Notes under the pieces: model-generated
Told to the model about the DNA's origin: nothing
What the model saw: only the letters and a program-made list of their open reading frames with translations
The model's database searches: none
Shown: in pieces, positions 40,801 to 48,194 of the stretch
Layout: every line of letters starts with the position of its first letter
How positions within the stretch are numbered: position 1 is the stretch's first letter
Program-made: the position numbers and the translations under genes
Virus record (IMG/VR): IMGVR_UViG_3300032265_002598
Location: 32,001 to 96,000 of that record
Length of the DNA stretch: 64,000 bases
Direction: 5' to 3' (one strand)
From: a virus
Taxonomy: Duplodnaviria; Caudoviricetes

Positions 40801-41170
40801 ATATATAACAGAATACCCTGTTTATATTAATAAACCACTCAAAATTATTCTTCCTCAATCTATCATTAACTCTGGTATTATTAATAATAATGGATCATGG
40901 AGTTTCAGTTTTGAAATTGATGGAGGTCTTAGGCCTATTTATAGTAATACTCCAGAAATTTTAGTTAACAATAGTATGTGCATTTTTTCTAGATCTTTAG
41001 ATACAGCTAATATGAGAGATAGCTATAATAGTACTACAGACAGATTAACTATTACTTTATCTAGTACTAATAGTGTAAATTATGATTGGAGATCTATACA
41101 GACTCTTAATATTAGAGCATATGATGATACTGGTTCCGATACAGTAACAGTAAACTTAAATCAACCATAA
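28832..41170 (+). CDS. Giant 4112-aa virion fibre/adhesin (collagen, fibre repeats, YadA-like, cadherin, many beta-sandwich domains)
   Basis: GTQGNTGPTGPKGDPGKDG; PISKGGTNN; DADLLDG; cadherin FDYETKSSYKIRIRSTD; uninterrupted ORF. Confidence 0.85.
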   Translation: MSIVRVEEEIQPLKYLVITHEVDPETVITTNVIITDNRLNKINLLAIERGTQGNTGPTGPKGDPGKDGLIFDKLPISSGGTNNTSFSSGNIIYYDGNKLSSSNYSVQNILDSAGANASVTGVINGLGLYRDIAGKTVTLGINPGEGLLINDANQIAVDDTIVRRVELDLGGIQGMVPISKGGTNNSSFTGNRLLYYDGLKISSFPLNTGTILLSGTKINIVAGSGLTGGGDLTLPNGSVVLNITGSEDILVTNDSISLSPTGVPGTYSKVTTDSRGRVVSGSSLSSADILAILGYTPWHPGNDGSGSGLDADLLDGFSSSVFFDLSTHTGTIGNTNLPIQTTAGTYTKIQVNDRGIVINGQNNTYNDIVQALGYRPVSISGDTIYGPITINGDVNLNSDNLIVKDNIPVFGTNSSSILPSEPRGFSFIYGGATQRTGILAYYPAQQELRLVTNITADPANVNGGTSTNAFADDINGGDQNAVYLMGNLNGDPNIVLFRGIADNIYISRLNPQVVSGLKRFADGISVNGQVSIISNATQGDPPLNIGGNNNMVVNLNSDLLHGHPGTYYTEAFNMTGLFDYRKVEFNSLEGDLGYIPRFDERTRDPSRTISNSYIRQTGNVIQVTSDANVSIGSTNTGLTDANRSLLVGANNKTYSDNGLAVGSYNIVSGNNSVALNVGSKALNSSSIAAGNYGYTWANNQFSFGAFSETDTANNASAQGQFSTIALYLNGTETNGSWYTMSPPISIPKNKTIAYNLEILLNKAAGTGAALFSFSSGIIKNSTFRDPNNITSIINMTSVLKDSTKQEIYNDSQQRTHYFHYKLDNDTEIQNVKVSNPPLQTLPVLAQNTESLYKYTPEYLSLSGNYVKTNSGNVLLSLQKPLSNGWFYQNINNPNLFIRSYNHALVTGCAVNLNMLTGSIRRPLTKPYTVLNIIDKHNFTVAEHSWKGYFLTNNFFVLDPKEVAETDQINLVKISGNIYTGGNTLSYTTTNPIGSIFSGMLVSFGPDPETYPDSLAQTGKIISVTSDTITFTPNFTGIYDGFSIYGPGFCKITNHSRYVFDSSPTVQFNLGSYGYESVQNISGSIDTIYCGYPTIGLFVNGLTANFSGQQAIISPASINSGTLSLIPRRNYVATYNRQETNFHKYEAIYTQYVSSNGSSKISLFDKNLEAIELPSTPFVYSLVCGQGSDDNSSFSIQNDRLISSESFDYETKSSYKIRIRSTDMSGRNKEKSFTISIGDITGAAFDNIHLNAPNDYSFNLTDIVLSNSIISENSPVGTTIGKITTLGGYSPYLEFATASNSFSGVLVSGSNIISECNPFYKIYSNTNPLRNASVYGTPYTLITGLTIHTSHTGLLSANISGIAESIAVNGFTQTSGYIISGCSPSIIGSIFSGMKLYSNTSGWNPESRVQSITSNSITLNLPFTGTQISPISISVSTLGRSFILDVPFTNSGVVNTLVTYSGIIPNTKNYYPSGLQYFSTTEQSGYCPVDVTKSYVYGFSTQADQYTVSPGYYLTGLVYFYSNTGTSQISVNLPENLYLEADEPSTFLNFISSNTGSIPLDDNYTNLSDLIETGFSVQNAHLYPNGNPNSTGTVLVSIDRNHGFKIIDSKILNQIPVQFVDAPFNNANRIPKNNLFDILGINGNKITIKDSQNYLLTETNKPKYFEKSIEGRYRIANIFNFSGTIFHNYNRIFNIDKADITSYLKKNSVIGTNSSLSYNSNHIFPISITRIDEPFNFGTKIVPGSNIVKYCGESLWQTKIFSGVNLYSTDPLIGSNGSTIIDHFINPTLRSVSLDKTNFEDPQLSYDFSASSTPNTGTDYTKNYIVSGCNDGFLSLSGYCYFYTVSGVGSYPKTINFGPSIGGFTENSGYVISGCSPSPISSLSVGMKLYSTTSGWNPDSIVQSLTSDSITLDLPFTGTQTSPIPIVVTDINRIAYETLSMNPSQATIKRISPSSSTNTAFNTTSLLPASVATIHNGSILNSIPPYPFSIENTKPYASGMKIPVSINIPVNYQDILEIKATSGSVTHVVPSLNSSNQIIYTTGIYPIYNFFDLKNIQATGIIPDKSLVLETNTPNLYNAETSLVVNIKPKIFLNNKICITNGYNGLRKTNSYFSNGDSIYIDNLSLPRSYLNPDDQLTILSYNGNSSFGSGVSRNIRITNSNPRDTAFSGVPANGNNSIILNKYGSPWYNQYRFTNPLGLTLDQQIQPTGYISFVGSVSGNCSIPFNNNIYYHSHGGFTASWPRDPSGTNVPAPQTGIYTIGVHSQNCSSGTLCVRVAVYNDNQFRNIPDIVNRQDIGKQSNVTNTSNGSGYLRPWGVNKKFYFDFSDDTPELNGSYYIADSLDSNNFTLNMPFNADYLGRSGLVYIIDSDYNIKSNRNPNIDNVFQISQGNINIGTNLVDYYINSYNDQSHRWKHLIHFNKDINNFGGYSGTIHYGQAGTQLISLPPDLLKISQIEYMFNDESAYKTVTDNNVTIPSTKNQIYFKFTVSNGAGKWSDNLLRSAPRINIYGFGSYNIDFSNIIYTNSTRQWMIPVVISDVTQYVNNKKITITVNDESGTDSTDIFLTTKILPKIGNAGTTYVYKNSSINWILPFDIKNLSSDSQTYTLSVDNYPGSYYNIIDEELLYASGTKIVVGSAGANTGIFNPILKIRDYVTSEILASQSGTVVVLDSSQSKPIYSINPQGLDNDIYIDITNANDVASFSFFIPAVLDSQSNPVVSFTNTSSLSISSSIEYSTSSQRYRVTALVSGLAGYYPSINANIAISQPVIQSDDSINWVRYTKNQAFNLTLYKRISINKTELIEPLVYDPAGPWALQFKIQNGIGSHRSDLPPKVRLSNLPTIGNYSSQPLEYLLFTKYDEINHLWLVSVDGKKDIFGKETEVLGFRDIQVYAEDGVSSSTSIIRLFFTKQQYLDNIKSIIYATPNNSYQSNLDIKQAPPPPEDLPQVAVAASPLTENTVQLTRSYAKYDKDLSLWEYAYSGAPLTAKWDASIDITNQNTSLGDSSYSSLLVKCKGIATDKIYGVGKLSLVELDSSYLASIGGTTVPFQIVDIQDPYEAKEGFPWEVSFGTIGGLENPNYPPTILLSGFPSSCSGYNPKISIEDQAACFIGRAWNPAKKKWTFSFSGLPLCNISGAKPIIITAIDTDTTQNLYLSSDKAQAIILYKSLIEQGISHPGPTIKTMQGSSDNIELSPLCGQAPIDSYWQFYTNTRAQCPEATGISGWIVSGSLPSGLHYTVSFPGGTPVSPYDNLGTGTLRIYGEPLTFASGGSYPDIFLFKVVDARNKYAIKEIKFTDISTANPASPINLTVYFDGTKPAYTPRGNDIGQVQQPSGTNPIDADGQQNYWPPAISDALTCTSILPHSNCQTSSFSYSGGNFAAGDSNVYINNITNTKLTNTVGSLLYIEFDNNPSNTFNSAYILKQSGIPSIKYITIPGHNFTVGSGRFVQSAIKAINTSNLNNFKGTVDSSSSKSILGCGIIKPRSIYDPNNYGLFGRMRPSYSASLPVSGSFRNDDIFFTGLNISTISDYSSYPSVYTMKTSNCWETGYLRISGISVPKPSVELTNPPPADTFAPFSYNNQAYAVLSRCTYGSSQYEKDKSENYRSTSINYFIKHCVSGTVLNSGSVSSLGAGSSTGDTIQFNYIFNSGAVLSMFINKASDKFPTYKYNAMPYAENEYFWVHKGGNRDDNPTQLSFPPIIITGIKNSISCMSGSPISGYSIRAVGGYIPFSGGSQKIPFYQLSDGTAWDLVDYPPLFTGVLQKKLNEKILTGTYQHSGFFGGTDGQKLNISLPSNASSIFKSTDSVLINFSGDNISFTTGMILNDSYNSTMTLPYVYNGTSTVGTVTIYDKCYIQSIDSTSILLHHNNIPYKTGDYIDISDSGSLSTENNNLLPYNYKLSIISGDNSSITASFNGPSSYSFAAGFNVSGFYDIKKNEYNQIKLNNILYNKKGEWRFGLSGTPTGLYKDYKYKIFSMENSGLPAFSGTSLIPKKYITEYPVYINKPLKIILPQSIINSGIINNNGSWSFSFEIDGGLRPIYSNTPEILVNNSMCIFSRSLDTANMRDSYNSTTDRLTITLSSTNSVNYDWRSIQTLNIRAYDDTGSDTVTVNLNQP
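32934..34606 (+). repeat. Internal ~195-bp diverged direct repeat (copies ~32934-33126 and ~34411-34606)
   Basis: SGYxISGCSPS..GMKLYSxTSGWNPxSxVQSxTSxSITLxLPFTGTQxSPI occurs twice. Confidence 0.85.
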
Positions 41171-41185
41171 GGATATAAATAGATT

Positions 41186-42340
41186 ATGGCTACTGTTAAT
41201 ATCACTCCATCGTCTCCAAAAATTTTAGTTATCAATCAGTCTATAGCTGGATCTGATACTCCTAATGTAATTACTACAAATCTTAATATTATAGATGGTT
41301 TTGATAATACTGTTAGTGTAGTTTATGCTGAAAGAGGATTAACTGGATTAACTGGACCTAGCGGTTTGCGAGGAGAAACTGGTCCCGCAGGCCCTCAAGG
41401 AGAAATCGGTCCATCAGGTTTGCAAGGGCCTCCAGGCAGTGGGTTAACTAAATTAAATGTTGGAAATATCATTATAAAAGAAAATGATACTTTAAATATA
41501 GTTGGAGCAGGAGGAACTTCTGTCTCATTTTCTCCCAATACTAAAACAATTAATATTTTATCAGATAATTTAAGTTCACAGTATTCACCTTTGGGTCATC
41601 ATCATGTTTCAAGTGATATTAATAATTTCAATGAATCTGTTGACGATAGAGTTGCAGACTTATTAAAAGCAGGAACCTCTTTACAGCTTAATTATGCAGA
41701 TCAGGATTTTAATACTCTAACATTATCTGTTACTGGCTTAACTATTGGAACAGACATCCAAGCCTATAATGACAGATTAACACAATTAAGTAATTTACAG
41801 ATTACTCGAAATCAGCTTATTTACGGGACTGGAGTTGATAAATATGGAACAATACCTATTAGCGATGCTGGTAAAGCTCTAATTAATGACGTTTCAGCAT
41901 CTGCTCAAAGAAATACATTAGGTTTAGGAACTGTAGCAATTTTGTCAGCAGATCTTTTTGCTAGGCTTGAGGGAGGAAATAATTTTACAGGCACCCAATC
42001 TTTAGGAGACGGAGAGTTAACACGATTCTCAGCCTCTTTGCAAAATATTTCATCTTCTGGCTATAATATAACCCAAGCAGACAATGGTAAAGTTTTAACA
42101 TTTACTAATAATGATCATGCAATTAATATACAATTTAGTGATAATTTATCTCTAGGTTTTAATTGTTTGCTTTCTCAATTAGGTTCTGGTCAAGTTAGAG
42201 TCTCTGGAGTTGGATTATCTAACAGATTAGGTCACTCCAAATTAGTCGGACAATACTCAATTGCAACTCTTGTAAAAGCTGGAGTTAATACTGTAATATT
42301 ATCTGGAGATACTACTGATGCTAATGGTGGCCCAGATTAA
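41186..42340 (+). CDS. Collagen-repeat fibre protein
   Basis: About 11 GXY triplets; DFNESVDDRV-type segment shared with 15317; IQAYNDRL. Confidence 0.8.
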   Translation: MATVNITPSSPKILVINQSIAGSDTPNVITTNLNIIDGFDNTVSVVYAERGLTGLTGPSGLRGETGPAGPQGEIGPSGLQGPPGSGLTKLNVGNIIIKENDTLNIVGAGGTSVSFSPNTKTINILSDNLSSQYSPLGHHHVSSDINNFNESVDDRVADLLKAGTSLQLNYADQDFNTLTLSVTGLTIGTDIQAYNDRLTQLSNLQITRNQLIYGTGVDKYGTIPISDAGKALINDVSASAQRNTLGLGTVAILSADLFARLEGGNNFTGTQSLGDGELTRFSASLQNISSSGYNITQADNGKVLTFTNNDHAINIQFSDNLSLGFNCLLSQLGSGQVRVSGVGLSNRLGHSKLVGQYSIATLVKAGVNTVILSGDTTDANGGPD

Positions 42341-42351
42341 CGGAGAAAATC

Positions 42352-42543
42352 ATGATCTTACCTCCATTTTTTGGATATCCATTATCTTATAAAGACAGAG
42401 AAATTTACAGAATTTATTATTCATCTTTGGGTCATGATTTTTTAACATATAAAACTCCTGATTTTTCAGCATTGGTATCGTATGTTGCTGTAGAAGTATT
42501 ATTGTATGATCTTCCGTGTGACTTACAGATTTCAATAATTTAA
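42352..42543 (+). CDS. Small hypothetical protein
   Basis: GGAGA RBS, 63 aa. Confidence 0.55.
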   Translation: MILPPFFGYPLSYKDREIYRIYYSSLGHDFLTYKTPDFSALVSYVAVEVLLYDLPCDLQISII

Positions 42544-42546
42544 ACC

Positions 42547-42564
42547 GGTGTATTAAATCTATAG
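42547..42564 (+). promoter_or_regulatory. Candidate late promoter GGTGTA motif
   Basis: GGTGTATTAAATCTATAG, intergenic. Confidence 0.6.
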
Positions 42565-42624
42565 GACTATATTGACCAATATAATGATCATATTAAGCAA
42601 TATAATTCTGGTCTAGGAGATACT

Positions 42625-45066
42625 ATGGCTACTTTATTTTTTGAAGGCTTTGACAAAGGAGTAGTTTTTAATGAACTAGATCCTAAGTACTGGTCTACTC
42701 AATTCAAATATTTTCCCAAATACTCTTTTGGTGGATATGCTCCAACTACTATAGAAGATCAAGCTATGGATGGAATATTTGGAAACAATATAGGTGCAGA
42801 TAAATTGGCTTTCATATATAAATATTCTACTCCAGTATCTATCAATGGTTTGGTTCCTAGCGGAAGATATACCGACAATAGAGCTGTTTTAGATGGCCAA
42901 TATGGTAGCACAGCTTATACTAAAAATTCTTATCCTGGTTTTGGAAGTCCACCAGGATTTTTAGCATTTACTAATATAGAACTAGAAAATAGTACTAGTG
43001 TAGAATATCCAACATACTTACAGACTAGTGGATTTCCAGTTTCAACAGGAAACATATCATATCTGTCAATGAGATGTCTTGGTTTGGAATCAAAACACAC
43101 AGACTACTCTTCATATCCTTATCGACACACGCTATTCAGTTTTAATAGCGGAGATTTTCCTTCTTTAACTGTTAACATTGTTAAAATAACTGGAAATAAT
43201 TTATTATCCATTAATAATAAGAAAGAAACATTAGCAATAGAGATACAACAGAATGATCAAACTCTTGGTTATTTTGACCTTAATCTTTCTGGAATAATTA
43301 GTCGATACCAGATAAGTTCTATTTTTAATTCAAGCAATAATAAAATACTAACTATTACAGATACTAATAGAGGAGATGGATTTAGTGCTATGATTAGTAG
43401 ATGGTGTCATTTAGAATTTTCAGTAGATAAATCCACAAGTCCTCCTTTGTTATATATTAATGTCGAAGATATTAATTTACCAGTAGTAAATACAGGAATA
43501 GCTAAAGAACTATGGGATACTAGTCTACCAATCAGTGGTTTTAATTTTAATAACTTGCGTTTTTATAATAGAACATACTCTAGCTCTATAATGAATGGAG
43601 TTACTGCGTCTATCCAAGGACAAGATATATGGAAAGATTCATGGTATTACATGAATGGAAGAGTATGGTTGTTAGACGACCTGGCTCTGGTAGATAACAC
43701 AGATCCCCCTCCTTCATATTGGTTGGGGAGTACTGCTAAAGTGATGTCAATATATCCTGGCGTTAGTGGTAGCTTAGTAGATAATTATGGTTTTTCTGAT
43801 GGATTATTAAAATGGTTTAAAGATCCAAATGTTCGTTCTATATCAAGGACTGTTACTGATGATTCTACATATGTACAAACATATTCTGATTATAGTAGTC
43901 ATCGACGAGCTTTTTTAATTCCAGATGCTGATGGAAATAATATAGAAACTATAGATAGCGGTAATATTGATGCTATTATAATGACCAAACCAAACTATCT
44001 TTTAAATACCCTGTACAATTCTTTCGACACTGAATCAATTTGGAGAGGTAATTTTAATGATGCTATTGGAGGAATGAAAGTTTATAATAGTGCTAGAAAA
44101 AAATATCTTGATACAAAATTTATTAATGTATTATATTCAGGACAAAGCGATATTTATGAACCAAACATTTCTTTGCTTTTGCATGGAGATTCTAGTCCTA
44201 TCATAGATAATGCCACAATTCCAAAAACTCTTAATATTTATGGACAAACTAATTCTACAGCTTCAATTAGTAAAATGGGTACTCGTAGTATTAGTTTTCC
44301 AAATAAGAATTCTTACATATATTTAAATCATCCAGACCTATCATCTTCTCCTTTTACAATAGAGTCATGGGTTTATTTTCCAAATAACACAACATCTGTT
44401 TCTTTATTTGATAAAGTTTCTTTACCAGCATTAGATACTATTGTTGTTGATCCTCAAGATTTTAATTCTAAATTTTATTCTTTTAGTGCTAATATTAGTG
44501 GAATCCAGTATATATCTGATTATGCGAATAATTATAACCCACATAAAGTTATTAGACAATTAATTTTTCCAAGTAATGCATCCACTGGAGTTTGGCATCA
44601 TGTTGCTATTACTAGAAATTCTAGCAATAATATAGTATGCTATCTTGATGGTCAGTCAGGAAATTCGTATAAATTATCAACCAGTGGAAACTTTTTTGGT
44701 GGATCTGATTATGAAACAACAGGAACATTTAATACTATTTATACTATTCCGAATGCTGTATCTGATATATCATCTTATTTTATTTCCTATAACAGCACTA
44801 AACCATATCTTAGTATTGGTAAAGATGGATATATAGATGAATATAGAATAACTTCGGGCATTAATCGTTATCCAACTAATTTTAATGTTCCAACTTTACC
44901 ATTTAAAACTAAAGCAGATGACTATGTAGAGATTGGTCCTGCTCATAATGTTACTAAAACTAGCTATAAAACATATCAATATTATGTTAATCAAAATCCG
45001 ATCACACAACAAAACTGGATATTACCAGATGTTACTGGTTTAGTTTTTGGAGTCAAAAAACTATGA
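42625..45066 (+). CDS. LamG/concanavalin-A-like virion protein
   Basis: PFTIESWVY...WHHVAITR..CYLDG...GYIDEYRIT...RYPTNF. Confidence 0.8.
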   Translation: MATLFFEGFDKGVVFNELDPKYWSTQFKYFPKYSFGGYAPTTIEDQAMDGIFGNNIGADKLAFIYKYSTPVSINGLVPSGRYTDNRAVLDGQYGSTAYTKNSYPGFGSPPGFLAFTNIELENSTSVEYPTYLQTSGFPVSTGNISYLSMRCLGLESKHTDYSSYPYRHTLFSFNSGDFPSLTVNIVKITGNNLLSINNKKETLAIEIQQNDQTLGYFDLNLSGIISRYQISSIFNSSNNKILTITDTNRGDGFSAMISRWCHLEFSVDKSTSPPLLYINVEDINLPVVNTGIAKELWDTSLPISGFNFNNLRFYNRTYSSSIMNGVTASIQGQDIWKDSWYYMNGRVWLLDDLALVDNTDPPPSYWLGSTAKVMSIYPGVSGSLVDNYGFSDGLLKWFKDPNVRSISRTVTDDSTYVQTYSDYSSHRRAFLIPDADGNNIETIDSGNIDAIIMTKPNYLLNTLYNSFDTESIWRGNFNDAIGGMKVYNSARKKYLDTKFINVLYSGQSDIYEPNISLLLHGDSSPIIDNATIPKTLNIYGQTNSTASISKMGTRSISFPNKNSYIYLNHPDLSSSPFTIESWVYFPNNTTSVSLFDKVSLPALDTIVVDPQDFNSKFYSFSANISGIQYISDYANNYNPHKVIRQLIFPSNASTGVWHHVAITRNSSNNIVCYLDGQSGNSYKLSTSGNFFGGSDYETTGTFNTIYTIPNAVSDISSYFISYNSTKPYLSIGKDGYIDEYRITSGINRYPTNFNVPTLPFKTKADDYVEIGPAHNVTKTSYKTYQYYVNQNPITQQNWILPDVTGLVFGVKKL

Positions 45067-45995
45067 GTGAATACAAAAGAATAAGATTACGAAGAGCACA
45101 AAGCGGAGAATGGTTTTCAGCTAATCCAACTCTTGGTCTAGGAGAACCAGGATATGAAACCAATTCACAAAGATTAAAAATAGGAGATGGAATATCTGCA
45201 TGGTCTGGCTTAGACTATATAAAAGTTCATCCATCTTCTATATCATATCCTAATATTTTATTTTCTATTTATGATGGATCTGAACCTAGAATAAATCTGA
45301 ATCTATCTAGTGGAGACTATTTGAATGTTATAGGTTCCGGTGACACAGAAGTGAAATATAATGCTTTTAGTAACACAATGACTATTAATACTCAAGCAGG
45401 ATCTTCATTTCTTACTGCTGCTAATATAGCAGATAGATTAGGCTATGTGCCACAAAGATCTGGTCAGTATAGCTTATTGGGTCATACTCATATTATTTCA
45501 GAAATCAATGGATTATCTGGAATATTAGATAGCAAACAGCCTAGTGGCAATTATGCTTCTAGTGGACATATTCATACTTTCTCTATAGGAGATGGGACTG
45601 CCAGTAGAATTAATTATAATTCTAATGAGAGGCTAGATATTATTGGTGATGGATATACGAATATAAATTATAATAATGCTAACAATAGTATTACTATCAG
45701 TTCAATTGGTAATAGTGGAGTAGTATCTTTTAATAACAGAACAGGAGTGGTAAATCTTTCTTTTCCTGATGTAACAGGAGCATTAAATTATACCCCTCAA
45801 CCAGTTGGTAATTATGCTCTTTCTGGCCATCATCATCCAGTATCCGATATTACAGGATGGAATCAATTTCCATTTAGAACCCCACCAGCTTCTTTATCAC
45901 AAGGAATAGCAGGAGAAATTTGTTGGGATTCATCTTATCTATATATTTGTATAGCTAGTAATCTATGGCATAGAATACCTCACTATGGCTGGTAA
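45063..45995 (+). CDS. Mtd-N fibre protein with HxH boxes
   Basis: RIRLRRAQ..EW..NPTLGLGEPGYETN..KIGDG; C-terminal GEICWDSSYLYICIASNLW. Confidence 0.82.
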   Translation: MSEYKRIRLRRAQSGEWFSANPTLGLGEPGYETNSQRLKIGDGISAWSGLDYIKVHPSSISYPNILFSIYDGSEPRINLNLSSGDYLNVIGSGDTEVKYNAFSNTMTINTQAGSSFLTAANIADRLGYVPQRSGQYSLLGHTHIISEINGLSGILDSKQPSGNYASSGHIHTFSIGDGTASRINYNSNERLDIIGDGYTNINYNNANNSITISSIGNSGVVSFNNRTGVVNLSFPDVTGALNYTPQPVGNYALSGHHHPVSDITGWNQFPFRTPPASLSQGIAGEICWDSSYLYICIASNLWHRIPHYGW

Positions 45996-46013
45996 GGTGT
46001 AATTAATAATAAG
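45996..46013 (+). promoter_or_regulatory. Candidate late promoter GGTGTA motif
   Basis: GGTGTAATTAATAATAAG directly after the stop codon. Confidence 0.6.
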
Positions 46014-46038
46014 CAATTATTCTTTTGAGGAAAATATT

Positions 46039-46572
46039 ATGGCCAACCCTTTTGAAGCTTTGATATCTCCAGAATTTAAAACGCTGTATAATCAAGCAAT
46101 TGATGCAATATTGGCTAATACTGCGCTCTCCGTTCCTTGCATTATATCCTATGGATCTTCTAATAACTCATTATGTAATAATTGTTTATATGATCCTATG
46201 TCTCAAAGATCTTTACATAAATATAATGGAACTGGTCCGGTAGCTTTTGCTGATAGTAGTATTTGTCCAGTTTGTAATGGATATGGATTGATTGATAAAG
46301 CTAAGGAAGAAACTATTTACATGGCAGTTCTTTTTGATAGTAAATACTGGTTTAATTGGTCAACCAAACCAGATGCTATTAATATATCAGATGGTATGGT
46401 ACAGACAATATGCCCGATAGCATTATTGCCAAAAATAAAAAATGCTCAATATATTACAATTGATAAAAATATAGAAAATTATGGTGGTTATACATATGTC
46501 ACTGCTGGAGATCCTCAACCTTGTGGTTTAGGAGAGAATAGATACATTGTTACTATGTGGTCAAGAGCATGA
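46039..46572 (+). CDS. Putative head-closure/stopper protein with zinc-binding Cys motifs
   Basis: CNNC, CPVCNG; position before the neck/tail genes. Confidence 0.55.
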   Translation: MANPFEALISPEFKTLYNQAIDAILANTALSVPCIISYGSSNNSLCNNCLYDPMSQRSLHKYNGTGPVAFADSSICPVCNGYGLIDKAKEETIYMAVLFDSKYWFNWSTKPDAINISDGMVQTICPIALLPKIKNAQYITIDKNIENYGGYTYVTAGDPQPCGLGENRYIVTMWSRA

Positions 46573-47213
46573 GAATAACAGCAAAAATACTAGAGTCTGA
46601 CTCATATATTAGAAATCAGATACTAACCAGTATTAAAGAACATATGGAGCAGGCTTTTAAAAAAGCCGTACCTGCTCTATCTAAATCTATACCACAAATA
46701 GTTTATAAGGTAATAGTAGGAGAACCAGAATATCAATCTTTATTATCTGGTAAATTAAAGTACGAATTCGGCATACCTTCATCTGCTCAAAAGGTAAATG
46801 ACATTGTTGATATATGGACTAAAAATATTACTATCAATGCCACTCCAATAACCATGTCATCCTCTGGTTTGAGAGGTGGATTTAACATCAATATGATTAA
46901 AGATAATTATGAAGATGTACTAACTAGTGACTCAGCTTTAGTCACAGACAGCACTAGCCAAGCTGTACTTCCATGGTTAGAGTGGCTATTATTATATGGA
47001 GATAAAATTATTGTTAGAAACTATGAGGTGGTAATTGGTCCTAGTCCATATTCAAGAACTGGATTAGCTATTATGAAACCATCTAAAAAGAATTGGAGAG
47101 TTCCACCAGAATTTGCTGGTACAAAAAATAGCAATTGGATTACTAGAGCATTAGAAAAATTAGATGAATCCATACCCGATCTTATTCAAAAAGAAATTGA
47201 GAACCAGATATGA
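46569..47213 (+). CDS. Putative neck/tail-completion protein
   Basis: ATGA overlap; LPWLEWLL..G, WRVPPEFAGT..NWITRA. Confidence 0.55.
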   Translation: MRITAKILESDSYIRNQILTSIKEHMEQAFKKAVPALSKSIPQIVYKVIVGEPEYQSLLSGKLKYEFGIPSSAQKVNDIVDIWTKNITINATPITMSSSGLRGGFNINMIKDNYEDVLTSDSALVTDSTSQAVLPWLEWLLLYGDKIIVRNYEVVIGPSPYSRTGLAIMKPSKKNWRVPPEFAGTKNSNWITRALEKLDESIPDLIQKEIENQI

Positions 47214-48172
47214 GTTGTGAAAATTATACTAAATTTAATAATGTTACTAAAATAGGAGATAATTATTTACTTAGTCAATTAGAAGAAAACCTTAAAGCTT
47301 TTTTAGATTGGGGTTTCTTAAATATTGGTGGATTTATTAATGTAAAAATTCCTACTAGTGGTTTATATGGTGGCACTTTTCATGAACTAAAAACATCAGA
47401 TCAAGCTGGTTTTACAAAAGGACAAGTTTGGCAAACGCCAAAAAAAGAATGGGTATGGGAAACGGGAGTGGTATATAATAATACTCAACCAAAAAATATT
47501 AGTAGTATTAAAGTAAATAATGTAGATTATCCAGCACCAACTGGTAGTGGTTCTATATCATACCATATTAATTATCCTCTTGGACAAGTAGTATTTGATA
47601 AACCATTGCAAGCAAATGCATCTGTTAGTATGGAGTATGCTTATAGATGGTGTCAAGTATATAAAAGTACAACAGATCCTTATTGGACAGAATTACAAGG
47701 TGCTACATATGATCCTACGCCAGCCATAGGACAAAGAGATAAAGGATATTATCAATTATCTTCTAATCATAGGATACAAATGCCATGTATAGTCATAGAA
47801 CCCATAGCTTCTAGTTCTTCTAAAGCTTGGCAAATTGGTGGAACAGATTTTATAATTTCTCAAGATATACTATTACATGTATTTGCAGAAAATGCTCAGG
47901 ATCAAAATAAAATAACAGATATTCTTAGATTACAAAAAGAAAAAACCATTTGGTTATATGATGTAAATAAAGTGGTCAATAGTGGAGTAAATCCATTAAA
48001 CTATCAAGGATCTTTAAATAATAATGGTAAAATTTATTGTGATCTAGCTACAAATCCGACATATCAATGGCGAAGATGTTTTTTTAAAGACATAGTTATA
48101 ACTGATATGGAAAGTCGAAATAAAAATTTATATTGGTGTACAATAAGATTAACGACCGAAGTTATCATTTAG
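47210..48172 (+). CDS. Putative tail terminator
   Basis: Directly before the tube gene; QMPCIVIE..SQDILLHVFAE. Confidence 0.55.
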   Translation: MSCENYTKFNNVTKIGDNYLLSQLEENLKAFLDWGFLNIGGFINVKIPTSGLYGGTFHELKTSDQAGFTKGQVWQTPKKEWVWETGVVYNNTQPKNISSIKVNNVDYPAPTGSGSISYHINYPLGQVVFDKPLQANASVSMEYAYRWCQVYKSTTDPYWTELQGATYDPTPAIGQRDKGYYQLSSNHRIQMPCIVIEPIASSSSKAWQIGGTDFIISQDILLHVFAENAQDQNKITDILRLQKEKTIWLYDVNKVVNSGVNPLNYQGSLNNNGKIYCDLATNPTYQWRRCFFKDIVITDMESRNKNLYWCTIRLTTEVII

Positions 48173-48194
48173 CCAAATTTAATGGAGACATCTC

